A DNA stretch of 64,000 bases, taken from assembly GCF_000711695.1 (NCBI RefSeq), contig NW_013547013.1, forward strand, positions 124,001 to 188,000. Direction: 5' to 3'. Source of the stretch: Tilletiaria anomala UBC 951. Lineage: Eukaryota. A model generated the notes under the pieces. It searched no databases. It saw only the letters and a program-made list of their open reading frames with translations, and had not been told where the DNA came from. Made by a program: the position numbers and the translations under genes. Shown here piece after piece: positions 1-11,610 of this stretch. The stretch's first letter is position 1, and every line of letters starts with the position of its first letter.

Positions 1-2775
1 GTTCTTGACAAAGCTGCGCTGCTTCTCGAACAGTCCCATTTCAACACTGAGGTGCCTGCCGCCAACGACCTCGAAATCATAACTGTCATCGACAATGGGC
101 CGAACGAGGGACAACTCTTGCGCAAGCTGGGCAAATCCGAGCAGCACGTCCAGCTGGTCTATCTGCCTAGCATTATGACGTAATGCCGGCGCCTCTCGAG
201 CAACCATCTGGCGCAGGACTTCGAGCGCAAGCTGTTCCCTCTGTCGCAGGTCATTTTGGAGTCTTGTTAGCTTGGAGCCAATCCGCGTCCACTCTTCGAA
301 GTAGTACGTGCGAGTCGATTTACTCTTGTATGCGAACGACATGTCGGATGGGAACAGGGGTGTCATGCGATCCTTAAAGTCCCCAACATGTACGACATAG
401 CCTTGACCTAGCAGTTGTCGGAGAGTGAGCTTTCGCCGCTCCGGGTTGGGCAACCGGTCCCTCAGACGCTGTTCCAATTTTCGAGCAGAGCGACGCAAGA
501 TATTGTACTCTTTGAGCAAGATGTCAATTGCTTTGGAAGATCTGTGTGGCTCAGAATGGAGTTTGCCACGGTGTCAACGCTGAGGACTTGCGACGCCCAT
601 CGTATAACGTCTCTCACCCAGGCCTGATTAGGTGCTCCAATGGCGGGCCCCAGAGTGGGCTTTCTTCCTCTTGCTCTGCAGCTTTGCCTTTGGACCTGCT
701 GGCGCGTCGTGGAGTCGACACTTGGATAGTACCGTGCTCTACCTGTGTCTGCTTCAGTTCACCCTGAGTAATTACAGACTCGATCTCATCTGCGGTCGCA
801 CTTTGTAATTGTCGCCTCTTCTCCATCACTGATTCATCAATTGCATCTTCGAGAGACTGAGCAAGGTGACCTAGAGCGGTGAAATTACCGGCAATCTCCT
901 GTGCGGAAGCGGCATACTCATGTGATAGACCCCGGTCCAAGGCTTCTCGCAGAGTGCTTTGCACTTTTTCGCATAGATGAACGAAGTCACGCACAGCCAA
1001 AAGATCCTGCTCGTCATTGCGCCGGGCCAAAATCTTCTGCAGTGTCCGAGAGATGTCGCCAGCGGAGCGTCGAAGCAGCAGGCGAAGATCTTCTCGAAGG
1101 AAAGCATTGGCATGAAGAGCAGACACGAGTTGTTGACGCCAGTGTATGATTTTGAGCGATGTACTTGGGCAGGCTGCGAAGATGCATCGCGTATGGTCAG
1201 CATTATCGTGACGTTCGGCATGGATTCGCATCTCAGTACACCCACTTAGCCATTCTTCGAGAAGCCGCGTACCACCCCTCGTCACTGTCCGTCTTGCTGC
1301 ACTAATAAGGCTGCCTCGCACGCCACCCTCGCGCATCGAGCTGCGAACTTCAAGCGCAGAGAGTGTGTGAGCATCAATTTGCATGCACTCTCGTTCAAGC
1401 ATGCGCTCTGGTGTCAAGGGAAAGACGCCTGATGCATTAGACGGGCTTTGCTGAAGCTCGATCAGCCGCGTCTCGATGTACCGTGTAAGCTGTTGGATGG
1501 CCTTTGATTCGGATGTAGATAGCTTGAGCTCAGGAAAGGGATTATCCATGCAAGCCGTAGGCGAGGAAGCCTGGTCAGATGCATACGTCACCATACAGCT
1601 TCCTTCTGGGAGCGCTTCCCATAGAGGGTGAGAATATCGATCGGCATCACCATGCCGACCGTCATCTTCGCTAGGAGCTGCGTTGAAAACGCCTGGCTGC
1701 AGTATGGCTTCCTTGGGCGCTATTCGGGCAATCTGATCTCGCAGGCTTTGTCCATCCGAACAAGGCATGCTATGAAAATTAGCTGTGCCGATATCCAGCC
1801 ACGCCAAGCCGAACTTTGGCGTCCCAACGGCGTTGTCATCTGCTGAAACGACAGAAACAATGAAATTGCTGGTGAATTGGTCGAGAAACTTTTCATCGAT
1901 GAGCGTCCCCGGCGATACTACTCTAGTGACTTTTCTGTGAAAGCTGGCGCTCTCGTTGAGGGTATCATCGTTGTTCGCTCCACTTTCCGCGCCGGAAGCG
2001 TGAAACTCCTTGAATTCGTCGCAGATTGCCACAAGCTTGCCGTAGTCTTGGACGAGCACCTTCAGGTACTTTTCCATTTGATGCACGGGAAAGCCGGCCA
2101 TGGCAACTTCGCGCCCTCCCCACCATCGTCGGGCCAGCTTGATGCCAAGCATCTGCGCGACGTCCGGAGCTTGTTCAAAATACGACTGCCAGAGTCATGG
2201 TGTCAGAGGATTCTCCACATCAGTTCCACATGATTATTCTTACCTCATAAAAGTTCCCGACACGCGTCAAAAGAATGCAGCCAGGAAAACGCGCCAGATT
2301 CGCCAGAACTTCCTTGGCGAGAGGCGGCCAGGCCTTGCCCTCCACTGCGAGCGGTTGGTTCACGATCAGCTCTGAACAAAACGTCACGGTTTGAATCAAG
2401 CGACAATTCACCTCCTAGTTCGTCTACATGAGCGAGTGCAGGATCACCTGAGGTGTCGGGCCTCGCTGCCTCAGCCTCGACCAGTGAGGTCTTCTTATGG
2501 GCTTTGCGCTTGCGAACGCGAACCTCGGATTCCTTGGGCAGTGGGGCAAGCGGTGCCAGCGGCCTACCCTCCGTATCAACTGCAGTTGTGGGAAGGTCAT
2601 CGTATATGACTGACAACCTTGTACGCGCGAAGATCTTCGGCGCCGAGAAGAGGGTGCGGCTGGCCGAGGGGATGGGGACGAGTCGTGCTCGATGCAAGGT
2701 GGCCCGGACTGGTGATTGCCCCGGGGATGGCCGCAATACCGGCGAGATGCTCTGCGCCCAGATGCATCTTGTCAT
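1..2775 (-). CDS. MSH1: Mitochondrial MutS homolog, multi-exon; 3' end runs off the left edge of the window
   Basis: Spliced ORFs 2245-2808, 2220-2411 and 614-2152 give the MutS domain I motifs '[17 protein letters not shown]', 'MAGFP' and '[15 protein letters not shown]', plus '[12 protein letters not shown]' and, at 1-180, '[12 protein letters not shown]'. The N-terminus is Arg/Ser-rich and presequence-like. The ATG at 2775 is my best guess. Confidence 0.9.
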
Positions 2776-3260
2776 GGCACTGACAAGGGTCGCAATTGTG
2801 TGCCGCAAGGCGACGGTGGGCCCCGACCCCTATCGCGTCGCGTCACAAGCCGAGTTGGAAAGGCGCGAGGTTGGAATTGCCAGCCAATTAGCACTTTTAG
2901 CAAGCACTCAAGGTATGTGGTCTCAAGTGCTAGAGATAACGGGAGTAGGAAGCCTATAAGCCTGACGCGTTCTCATACAGGGGAACTCTGGATTTCGGAT
3001 TTCGGAACGCGGGACACAAACGACCCATTTTTTCGATGAGAGACTCCAAGCTGCTTCATAGTGGACTCCCTTGAGGTTGAAATTAATTGAGGCAACCTGT
3101 ATGGTTTACGGATGCATGCCGTTCCTTTTGTTGCAGCTTGTGCACACCCGGCTAGACGGAGGGTTACCATCTCACACACCTCCAAAAGTGGGCTCACGAA
3201 GGGCCGGCATACAGTATAACTTTCTTTGGGTTCCCGTGATCGGTCGAGCGGTGCCTCATC

Positions 3261-5493
3261 ATGTTGATGATATCGAACAGTCGTCCCAAGAAGCGCCCCT
3301 CTGAGGGCAAACGCGATAGAGAAGGCACGTCGGAAAGAAAGAAGGCTAATAAACATTCAAACAGACCTCTCTCCGCACAAGAACACGCAGAGCAAGCGGC
3401 GCTCGAAGCCAGCCTCTTTGGTGTCTCCAAGATACCCGTTACGACTACGAGTGTATCAAAGGGGAAAAGCAAGCAAGCCAATGCGGAGCAGCAAGATGAT
3501 GAGGACCACTTTGTCGCTGGGCCTGCTGGAAGCAATGTCAAGCTCGGCAGCCGTCGAGAGATGCTAGAGCAAGAAGAGATGGGAGAGATGGATGATGATG
3601 AGGTGAGTTGCTATCACTTTAATAGTGTCCATCTCTACTTCTTCCGACGCTGATCTGGCACGCTGCTCCTCGCAGCTTTTCGTTATTGATGGCGGAGACA
3701 ACAATGATGCAAATGTCTTGCCCGGTTCAGGTGCATCTGCGTCTAGCGCATCTGAAAAAGAAAAGATAATGTCGGACTCAGAAGAGTCTGGCAACGAAAG
3801 CGTGGACTATGAGATGGACGATGGCATGTCCGGGCAAGAAAAGGTTGAAAACGCTGAAGTCGACGCTTTGAAGGATGAGAGTCATGTCGACGATGCCAAA
3901 GTGGGCACAAATGCGTCACTAGATGGCCACGCTCAAAGACGACGCTTCAAGTCCGTATGGCGCGACCCTGATGATGCCACTTTGCAAATTCCGCTCGCCG
4001 GTCCCTCCGCAAGGGCTGCCGATGGCACATTCGTTGGCACAAAACGGCTAAGACGGCTGCGAAAGAGTGCGGATGAGATGTCGGTGGACGGAATCGAATA
4101 CGAGCGACGGCTGCGTGAGATGTTCGAAAAGCTGCATCCGAAACCGGTCTGGGCGATGCGGATGTTCCGAAAACCAGCAGCTCGGCAGACGGAGATCGAG
4201 AAAACTACAGCGGAAACACCTACGAATGGTCTGGAGATTCAAGAACAGTCTGGCCCATCTTTGGCGGATCTCTTATCGCAAGAGGATACCGGTCTTCTTC
4301 GACAGCTCAAGTCCAAGACAAAAGCGACGCTTGCACCAGGCACGATCGAGATCGAACGCCTGAGGAACGCAAACGAAGCCCAGCCATTGTCAGACGAGGC
4401 AGCTATCGAATCGCTAGCATTCCATCCTTCGTCCCGCACATCGATCCTTATGACCGCCAGTCGTGACCGCCGGTTGCGATTGTTCAGCATCACAGGCGGC
4501 AACAGCAACCCTTTGTTACAAACGCTGCACATACCGGACATGCCTGTCAAAACGGCCATGTTCATCAGTGGCGCAGGCTCAGCAGAATGGAGCACAGCAA
4601 GCAGCAGCAGCGTCCTGATAAGCGGCCAGCGGCCGTACCTGTACGCCTGGGATCTCCAGAGTGGTAAAGTTATGCGCAGCAACCCTTGGCGCGGTGGTGC
4701 GGTGAGCGGCTCAGCCGATGGTGGGGATCGGGATCTGAGTCTGGCGACGCCGCAGCCTGCACATACCGGTGGTTCGCTGGTCGCATTCAGAGGTCGTGCG
4801 GGGATCGTCCACCTCGCAGACTGGGGCCGGTCGGGCGGCTCTTCCTCCTCGATCATCGCTTCCTTGCGCACGAGTGGCACCCTTGCAGGGCTGGCGTGGG
4901 ATCGATCGTACGACCGCAGTCCAGACGGGCGGACGCTTGTCACGCTCAGCACAGGCGGGGAATTCGGCATCTGGGACACGCGCAACCTGCGCGCAGAGGT
5001 GGTGAAACGCGATCACGGTATTTTCGGCGCACAAGGCTTAGAGTGTAGCCCGGATGGGAGCAGCTGGCTTGTCGGCAGCGAGAATGGCATCGTGAGCAGG
5101 TACGATGGATCCGACCTGCTGAGCAACCCCGGCTCCGTCGACTTCAATACTGCTTCTGCTGCCGCCGACGACGCGGGCTTGAAAGTCATTCGCGGAAAGT
5201 CTGACGGCGCCATCTCAATTGCAGCGTCCAAGACTCTGGAGAACTTGACGACTGCGCTGACGACGATGCGGTTCAACCCAGACGGACAAGTGATGGCGAT
5301 GGCGAGCCGGAACAAGAAAGACGCGATGCGCCTCGTGCATTTCCCCTCTATGCGCGTGTTCTCAAACTGGCCCACTTCTGGCACACCGCTCGGGCATGTC
5401 ACTGGCGTCGACTTCAGTCCAAGTTGCCGGTTTGTGGCTATTGGGAATAGCAGGGGCAAGGTGCTGTTGTACAATCTCAGGCACTACGCCTAG
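3261..5493 (+). CDS. UTP18: U3 snoRNA-associated WD40 protein Utp18 (SSU processome); intron 3603-3675
   Basis: Motifs 'EYERRLREMFEKLHPKPVWA', 'RLRNANEAQ', 'MRFNPDGQVMAMASRNKKDAMRLVH' and 'VFSNWPTSGTPLGHVTGVDFSP'. A GTGAGT...CAG intron joins ORFs 3261 and 3625 in frame ('DDE|LFVID'). Confidence 0.92.
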
Positions 5494-5559
5494 GCCATAA
5501 TTTTGAAATCACATTTGATACATATGCATGTTCTATGCGGCCAAGTGGTTCTTTACATC

Positions 5560-8129
5560 TTAGACATCGCCATCTCCATCTCTCGTAGCCGACCTCATAG
5601 CTCCCTGTCCGGCACTGCCCGCAGCTCGGCTTCCCGTGACGCGACGTTTTTTCTTCTTGACAGCCTCTCGATGCCTGCGCTTGTACTCCTGCGTCAGGCG
5701 ACCCTTGTGTTCCTCCCAACGGGCCTCGATCTCCTCTTCAGTGTCTGTACGACAGAATGGAATGAACGATCCTGTTTTCTGCAGAAGTTGAATCATGTCT
5801 CGCGAGTTGCTTGGGTCGAACACAGGGAAAGGGTGGGGCTGCAGCGTCGTTCCTTGAACATAGCCTGCTTCTGAGTCTGCAGGCCGAGTCTGCGCAGCGT
5901 CCATAGTCGACAGCTCTATAGGCGAGCCCTCAACACCTTGCTCAGCTTCAGCATCGAGCTCAAAGTCCAGCTCGTCGTCCAGCTCTAGGTCAAGTCCAGC
6001 CATGATGGAAAATTGACCGCCGACTGGAACAGCTTCCTTTGGCTTAAACATGTCCTTAAGACTGTTGAGCTGGTAGCAGGTTCCCCGTTTTTCTTTGTCA
6101 TCAACGCTATCTCCGTCAATCTTTTGAGCAATGACTGCATGTTTAGCCTCCTCGGTGCTGAGGTCTGAGTCTTCGCTATCGGAGCTATGATCGGAAGGCG
6201 ACTGCAAAGCCGAAGCCGGAGCAGTCACCGTGTTGGCGTATTGCTCTGCAGGTGGGACAAATCGAGAGGGAGGCTCATAAGAGGAGCTAGAGCCTTCCAG
6301 AGTCTGAGTCTGCGCTGCAGCAGCCAGTAACGCCGCACGCCTGCTCCTGCTATTAGCGATCGCAGTATCTGCTTGGGTTTGGTTAGCAGATAATGCAGCG
6401 ATGGCGGCTTCTGCTCCCGCTACCTGTGGCCTTGTGCTTTGCGTTGCTTGATATGATGAAAATCCATCGCGCTTCTCTTGGGGAGCTTCCTCGTCATCGT
6501 CCTCCGAGTCCTCCGTGAAAGGCCCTGTCGCGCGGCCCACGTCCGTCGCTTCCTCTGGATTGAGACCTTGTCCGAACATCTTAGCTAGGAGTCCAAGTGT
6601 TCCGCACCTTTCAGCGTCAAAGTCCGACGCTGCTGATGCTGCGTTTGCTGGTACCGCCCCGGCCGCAGCTTCGTCATAGCCATCTGAAAAGTCGGCCTCC
6701 GCGTCTGGGTCATAGGCTTTGAATCGCCACGTGTCATTTTTTTGGGCATCGCCTATGCTGCTAGCAATACCCGCGGCAGTGGGGCGCTTCGCGACGCTCC
6801 CGTTTTGTCCTTGGCTGTCGTCCAAATCGGACGAGATGACCGTACTTTCGCCTGCAGCTTCGTCTTCGGAGGTGCTTTCGGCTGATGATGCGCAAGATGA
6901 CGTGGCCTCCTGGTCTCCATCCAACACCCGGCCAACGAGCGCCTTTCCGTTGAGGCGAGGGGTTCGATGCATCCGATTGCCCGACTTCGCATCGACGATC
7001 TCAATTCGCACGATGCTCCCATCTCGATCCTTAAGTATCCACTTCACGCGCGCTTGGCTTTGCCTTTCCTCTACCTTACCGTCCATACCCTCCATCTCGG
7101 CGTTGTCGCCTTCACCTTCGTCTCCGCCACTGGCATCGGTTGCTTCGCAGACCCAGTAGCCTCCTTCTGGGACCCCAGCCGAGCCAACCGTCTCTGCATC
7201 CTGCTCAAGGAGCATCCCTGTTAGATGCGAGCGTGGGTATCGCGTAGGATCGATTGTGACGATCTTTACTCTTTTCGTGCTGCGTTTCTTCCCGGCACCC
7301 GAAGAAGCCGGTCGGCCAGCGACGCTGGTAGCATTGGCCACCTTGTCTTTGCCCTTGGAAGTCTTGGGCTTGGAATTAGGTTTCGATGAGCCAGCGATGG
7401 CCAATGACCTTAGCGGCTGTGGAGGCGGCAGGCCGTGTGCGGGACGCATGTGCATGGGTCGAATCAGGTGGCCTGCTGGTGTCTTCTTCCATCCCTGTAA
7501 GCGGAGCGAGGTGAACCCGGCGAAACGAGTCAGCCCAATGCCCCGGCAAGCAAAGAGAGACTCTGGCGTAAGGCTGCACGCACCCAAAGCCCATTTTCTA
7601 CGTCCGCGGATGTGACAGGTACATCCTTATTCTTCGCTTCTAGCCCAACTGTGCCTGGCACCTTGCTCCTCTTGCGTTTCTTCGACCGGTCAGCACTTCC
7701 ATCCGCGGATTGGGCCATCCTTTCCGCTTCGAGCCTTTGCCTGAAGTCCGGCCGCGCGTCCCCGATCCTCAGTTTGGCACCTTTCCAAATGGTTCCGCTC
7801 AGCAGACGCTTGATCCTTTCGAGCTTCACTGTTGCTTGAGCGTCTTCTGAAGGGATAGAGACGTCGAGGAAAGCATACGGTTTCCCGTCCAGATTCGTTG
7901 ACGCTCCAGACGGCGCAGAAGATGGTTGCAACGATGACGATGACTCGTGCGACCAGGTATCTATATTGAGAACTTGCAGGCCAAAGGAGGAAAACCGGGA
8001 GATGATATCGTGCTGCGACAACGAAGGTGTCAGACCCGAGATGTGCAGGCGTTTGATCACAGTCGCGCCGTCAGGCAAGACGCTGCCGTTGCTTGGACCA
8101 GGTACCGGCGTAAGCGTCTTTGACCGCAT
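5560..8129 (-). CDS. Nucleolar RRM protein, NOL8/Nop8-like; one intron at ~7496-7580
   Basis: N-terminal RRM ('KRLHISGL...ISRFSSFG...YAFLDV...LSGTIWKGAKLRIGDARPDF'), acidic low-complexity middle, and a C-terminus 'EARWEEHKGRLTQEYKRRHREAVKK' resembling NOL8. Splice reads 'GLW|GWKKTPAG'. Confidence 0.72.
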
Positions 8130-8654
8130 TGTCTAAGACGATCTGCAAGTGAGCTTGCTTGAATAGACCCACGCTTGGCTACGGTATGATCCTCTACAAG
8201 GCGAGATCCACGGCGAGATCAGTGCCAGTAGTGTAGCAGTACATTGTACGGCTCATGCGCCAAAAATCGATCCATCCCATGCTGGCGGGGACTTCGTCTC
8301 ATCGACTCTCGATGCAAAAAAAGTTGTGGCGGTTGGCGGATGCACGGCGGCTGGTGTTTGCCTGATTAATTTGCACCGATCCCAATAATAATACACATGC
8401 ATTGCCTTCCGGCCGAGAGCGCCACGTCGACTGTCCAGCGATTCGCAGTCCCTGGTAAGTTAAAAGTCCTAACTGTTCCCGAGTCAAGTGTGTCCAAAAC
8501 CCATGGACGACCGGGGAGACATTCAGCGTTCAGCAGTAGCCACAGGCCAGAGCCAACTCGTAGGTACGGAGACCCTGGACGTCAAGTGCCGCATCAGCTG
8601 CAGGCTGCTCCCGTCAGTGTCTCTGTAACTCGCTTTTTCCTAGCCCGTAACAAG

Positions 8655-9204
8655 ATGTCATCATACGGCAGCGCACAAGCGCAACAAGCGCAGACGCAGA
8701 CGCAGCTACATTGGTGGTTGTGAGTAGAACATTGCCTGGTGTCCTCCATTCAAAGCGAGTCTGGATTCAGAACGCACAAGCGTTGACACCTCTTCCGCCA
8801 ATTCCCGCCACTTTCCCCTCACCCGATTCTCTTATCAAAGCATCCCACTCGCCGCTATCCCGGTCCTATTCATCCTGACATCCTTCACACCCTTCTTCGG
8901 CTCCTCCAAGTCCTCGCGGCGCAACAAAATCACGCGACAGGCGTATGACCCGCGCACAGGCATTGGCCGCGGCGCCCCCGGCTTCCAGACGAACGTGGCG
9001 AAAGTGGCGATCCCACCTGACATCGCCGCGCGCATTCGCGCGGGGGAGGACGTTAGTGCCGAGGAGATCACGCAGGCGCTCGAGGACGTCAAGGCGGGCC
9101 GGTATAAGCCTAAGGAGCAGATAGAGAAGGAGGAGTGGCTGCCTGCTGGTGTGACTGGCGGGACGGTGCCCAGCAAGGGCGGCAGGAAAGGGAAACGACG
9201 ATAA
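8655..9204 (+). CDS. Small hypothetical single-pass membrane protein (~142 aa); exons 8655-8719 and 8841-9204
   Basis: ATG at 8655, GTGAGT donor at 8720 and AAG acceptor at 8840 splice in frame. Product: MSSYGSAQAQQAQTQTQLHWWFIPLAAIPVLFILTSFTPFFG...GIGRGAPGFQTNVAKVAIPP...GRKGKRR*. Exon 2 has GC3-rich, coding-like codon usage. Confidence 0.7.
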
Positions 9205-9414
9205 CGCATGTATCATAGTAGCTGCCGTGCTGGCTAGCAGGTCTCTGCGGACTTTTTGCGAGAGTACATTATTTGCAGAGTGTTAAGCGGTGCCTGCTTG
9301 CTTGTGTGAAAGAGCGAGGAGGGTATGGCGATGCGAAATGCGTGCAGAGAAGCACGATAGATGCGATGTTAAGAAAATGCAGTTGCGAACGTGAAGCGAT
9401 TCCCGCTTTAGCTG

Positions 9415-10742
9415 TCACTTCTTGGCCCATAAGCTTTGTAAGTCCCCTTGCGTGTTATCCTCAAAGACAGCATATTTCCTCTCAGGCTGCCTTCTCTCAC
9501 GCTCGATACTGTCCAGCACCCATGCTGGAGTGACGAGCTTTGCGACTCTCTTCAGAACTTTACGCTTCAGCTCTTTCTGTGTTTTCTTTCCCGAAAGGCA
9601 CATCGTGCTGATAGTGTGCGTTACTTTGGATGATGGTGTATATGATACGATGGCTCCGTGCAGCTGCAAAAGCCGGATCAGTTCTTGATTGGTGATGAGT
9701 GAGCCCGTGTAGCCATTGATGTAGACGACCACACCGTCGAATAGATTTGTTTGCTACAGGAATGCGAAACGGAAACAAGATTGAAGTGAGCGACTTATTT
9801 CTTAGAGTGTCTCGCGACAGAGTACAGCGAGCTCACCTTGGCTGCAGCCTGGTCTTGCAGCTTTCTGGCTCTCATCTTCATCCAATGGGTACTGCCCTCA
9901 TTCGACCCGCCAGCGCGGTTGGATTGCTGATGTCCTGTGCTCGTGCTGACATAGTGCTGGGTGCGTGTGTACATGTCGGAATGCGTGATCGGATTCGATG
10001 CCTTGCAGAGGCCAGCTTTGGAAGTTAGTGCTCTTATTTGTACGGCAGAACTGTCAGAGAAAAGTGCCACGGGCGGTGGTTGTTGTCGTGGGAGATCCTT
10101 TGGCCCAGCCATGTTGAACTCGGATGAGCCTGCTTCGACTGTTCTGGAGGCTGCCGGCTCCACGCTTTGAAATCTTCTTCCTTGATCATCTATTCCTGAT
10201 CTTCGCTTTGGCGAACGACTGCACAGATCACTCCTTCCTGCCGAACCGTGCTTGCGCTTTAGACCATTTGTGTTTATAATAGCGGATGTTGATGTTAACG
10301 GCTCTGCGGATGCGGAAGAGCCTAGAGGGTGCTTTCGCGAACTGTGGCTCGAATGTGCGAAAGATGCAATACCAAAGCCTTTTGGCCCTTCTTTACCATT
10401 TGAGTTGGGTGTGACTGTTACTTTCAGCGGCTTTTCTAACACGTTAAAATTTGACATCCAAGAACCCGATCGTGATCCAGGTGCCGACCCAGATTCGGTC
10501 CCAGGTTCGTTCCGAGTGCTCTTTTCTCTACGGCCAACCGTCGATGTGCTCGAAGACTTGGAACACTCCCCGGCATGCGAGTCTTCCGGCTTGCTACTAT
10601 GCCGGTGCATCGTTTCATCGATGTTTCGCAGGACTTTAATGCTGCGAAACAGGCTGCCATACCGGAGCTGCTTGGATGGCGCGATGTACGCCGCCCGTCC
10701 GCCGTCGAGGGCCGTCTGCTTGCCACCGATGCCACCCATCAT
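9415..10742 (-). CDS. Stand-alone BRCT-domain protein (Rev1-N-like BRCT, no polymerase domain); intron 9754-9836; start at 10742 or 10610
   Basis: C-terminal BRCT 'LFDGVVVYINGYT...LIRLLQLHGA...VTHTI...VTPAWVLDSIERERRQPERKY'. It is preceded by 'STGHQ...WMKMRARKLQDQ' and a Ser-rich disordered region. Confidence 0.8.
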
Positions 10743-11610
10743 ATTTGTTGAAAGGTTAAACAGGAGATAAAGCAAACTTGCACAAGGCGGTGCGAGGTGG
10801 CCAGATAACAACTGTGGTTAACCATGGCTAACGTAGCAGCACGATGCATGCAAACCTCTGATTGTGGTACAGTTCTCTCCGATCTCTCCGCTACCAAGGC
10901 ACCTGGCACGTAGAAGGACAGTCAGCAGAGCTTTAACGGCGTCCACCACCGAAGACGCGTCTTTTTGCTGTGCGGGGCGCGCACATGACACGTACGTTTC
11001 ACTTGTTCTTCACTTTCGCCAACCACCATCATACTCGATACATGTTGTCTTACCTCTTACAGAGCTGTCGCTTCAGTACGGGCGCGTCAGTTCTCATTCT
11101 CTCTCAACCTGTCTTCTCTACTCTTCCTGTGGTGAGAGTCAATGTCTCCCTCCATTCTCGATCTCGTTATGTATCACTTGGGAGCGTCTCGACGGAGAGA
11201 ACGAATTCTCTTATGCCCAGTCGAAGGCGTTACTCTTACGTTATTCATGACCCTCTTCGAGTCGGAGCCGGTAATCCAATGTCATCGCGGCCCGCGACTC
11301 GAGCCTTCCGTCTTGGATTGACCCTCTCTAGAAGCACCAGGTGAGCGTCGTCCTCAGCATCACACACATCAACACCTAGCCCCGTGTCTTCGAATGTCGT
11401 CAGTCCAAATTGCACAGTCGGAAATCACATCCAATTGGTACATTATCAGTGCATATATGCAGAAACGTATTTAGCCTTCCATTCCCCCTAATGCCTTGTC
11501 ACTTGAAGTTGCTGTCGAAAGTATGCACCCCCGTTGTGCAGAGAGCATCTGCTTGCGAGCCTCTCGCCCCGAGACGTGAATAACGTGCTTCCAACCAAAA
11601 CATGTGGAGG

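Noticed and set aside
5493..5560. Very short gaps between convergent genes (also 17718-17896, 39025-39210, 41890-42027, 58546-58753)
   Set aside because: This spacing is ordinary for compact fungal genomes.
10864..11344. Plus-strand ORFs between the BRCT and F-box genes
   Set aside because: No motifs and no coding-like codon bias. Transcription cannot be excluded, but nothing here supports a gene call.
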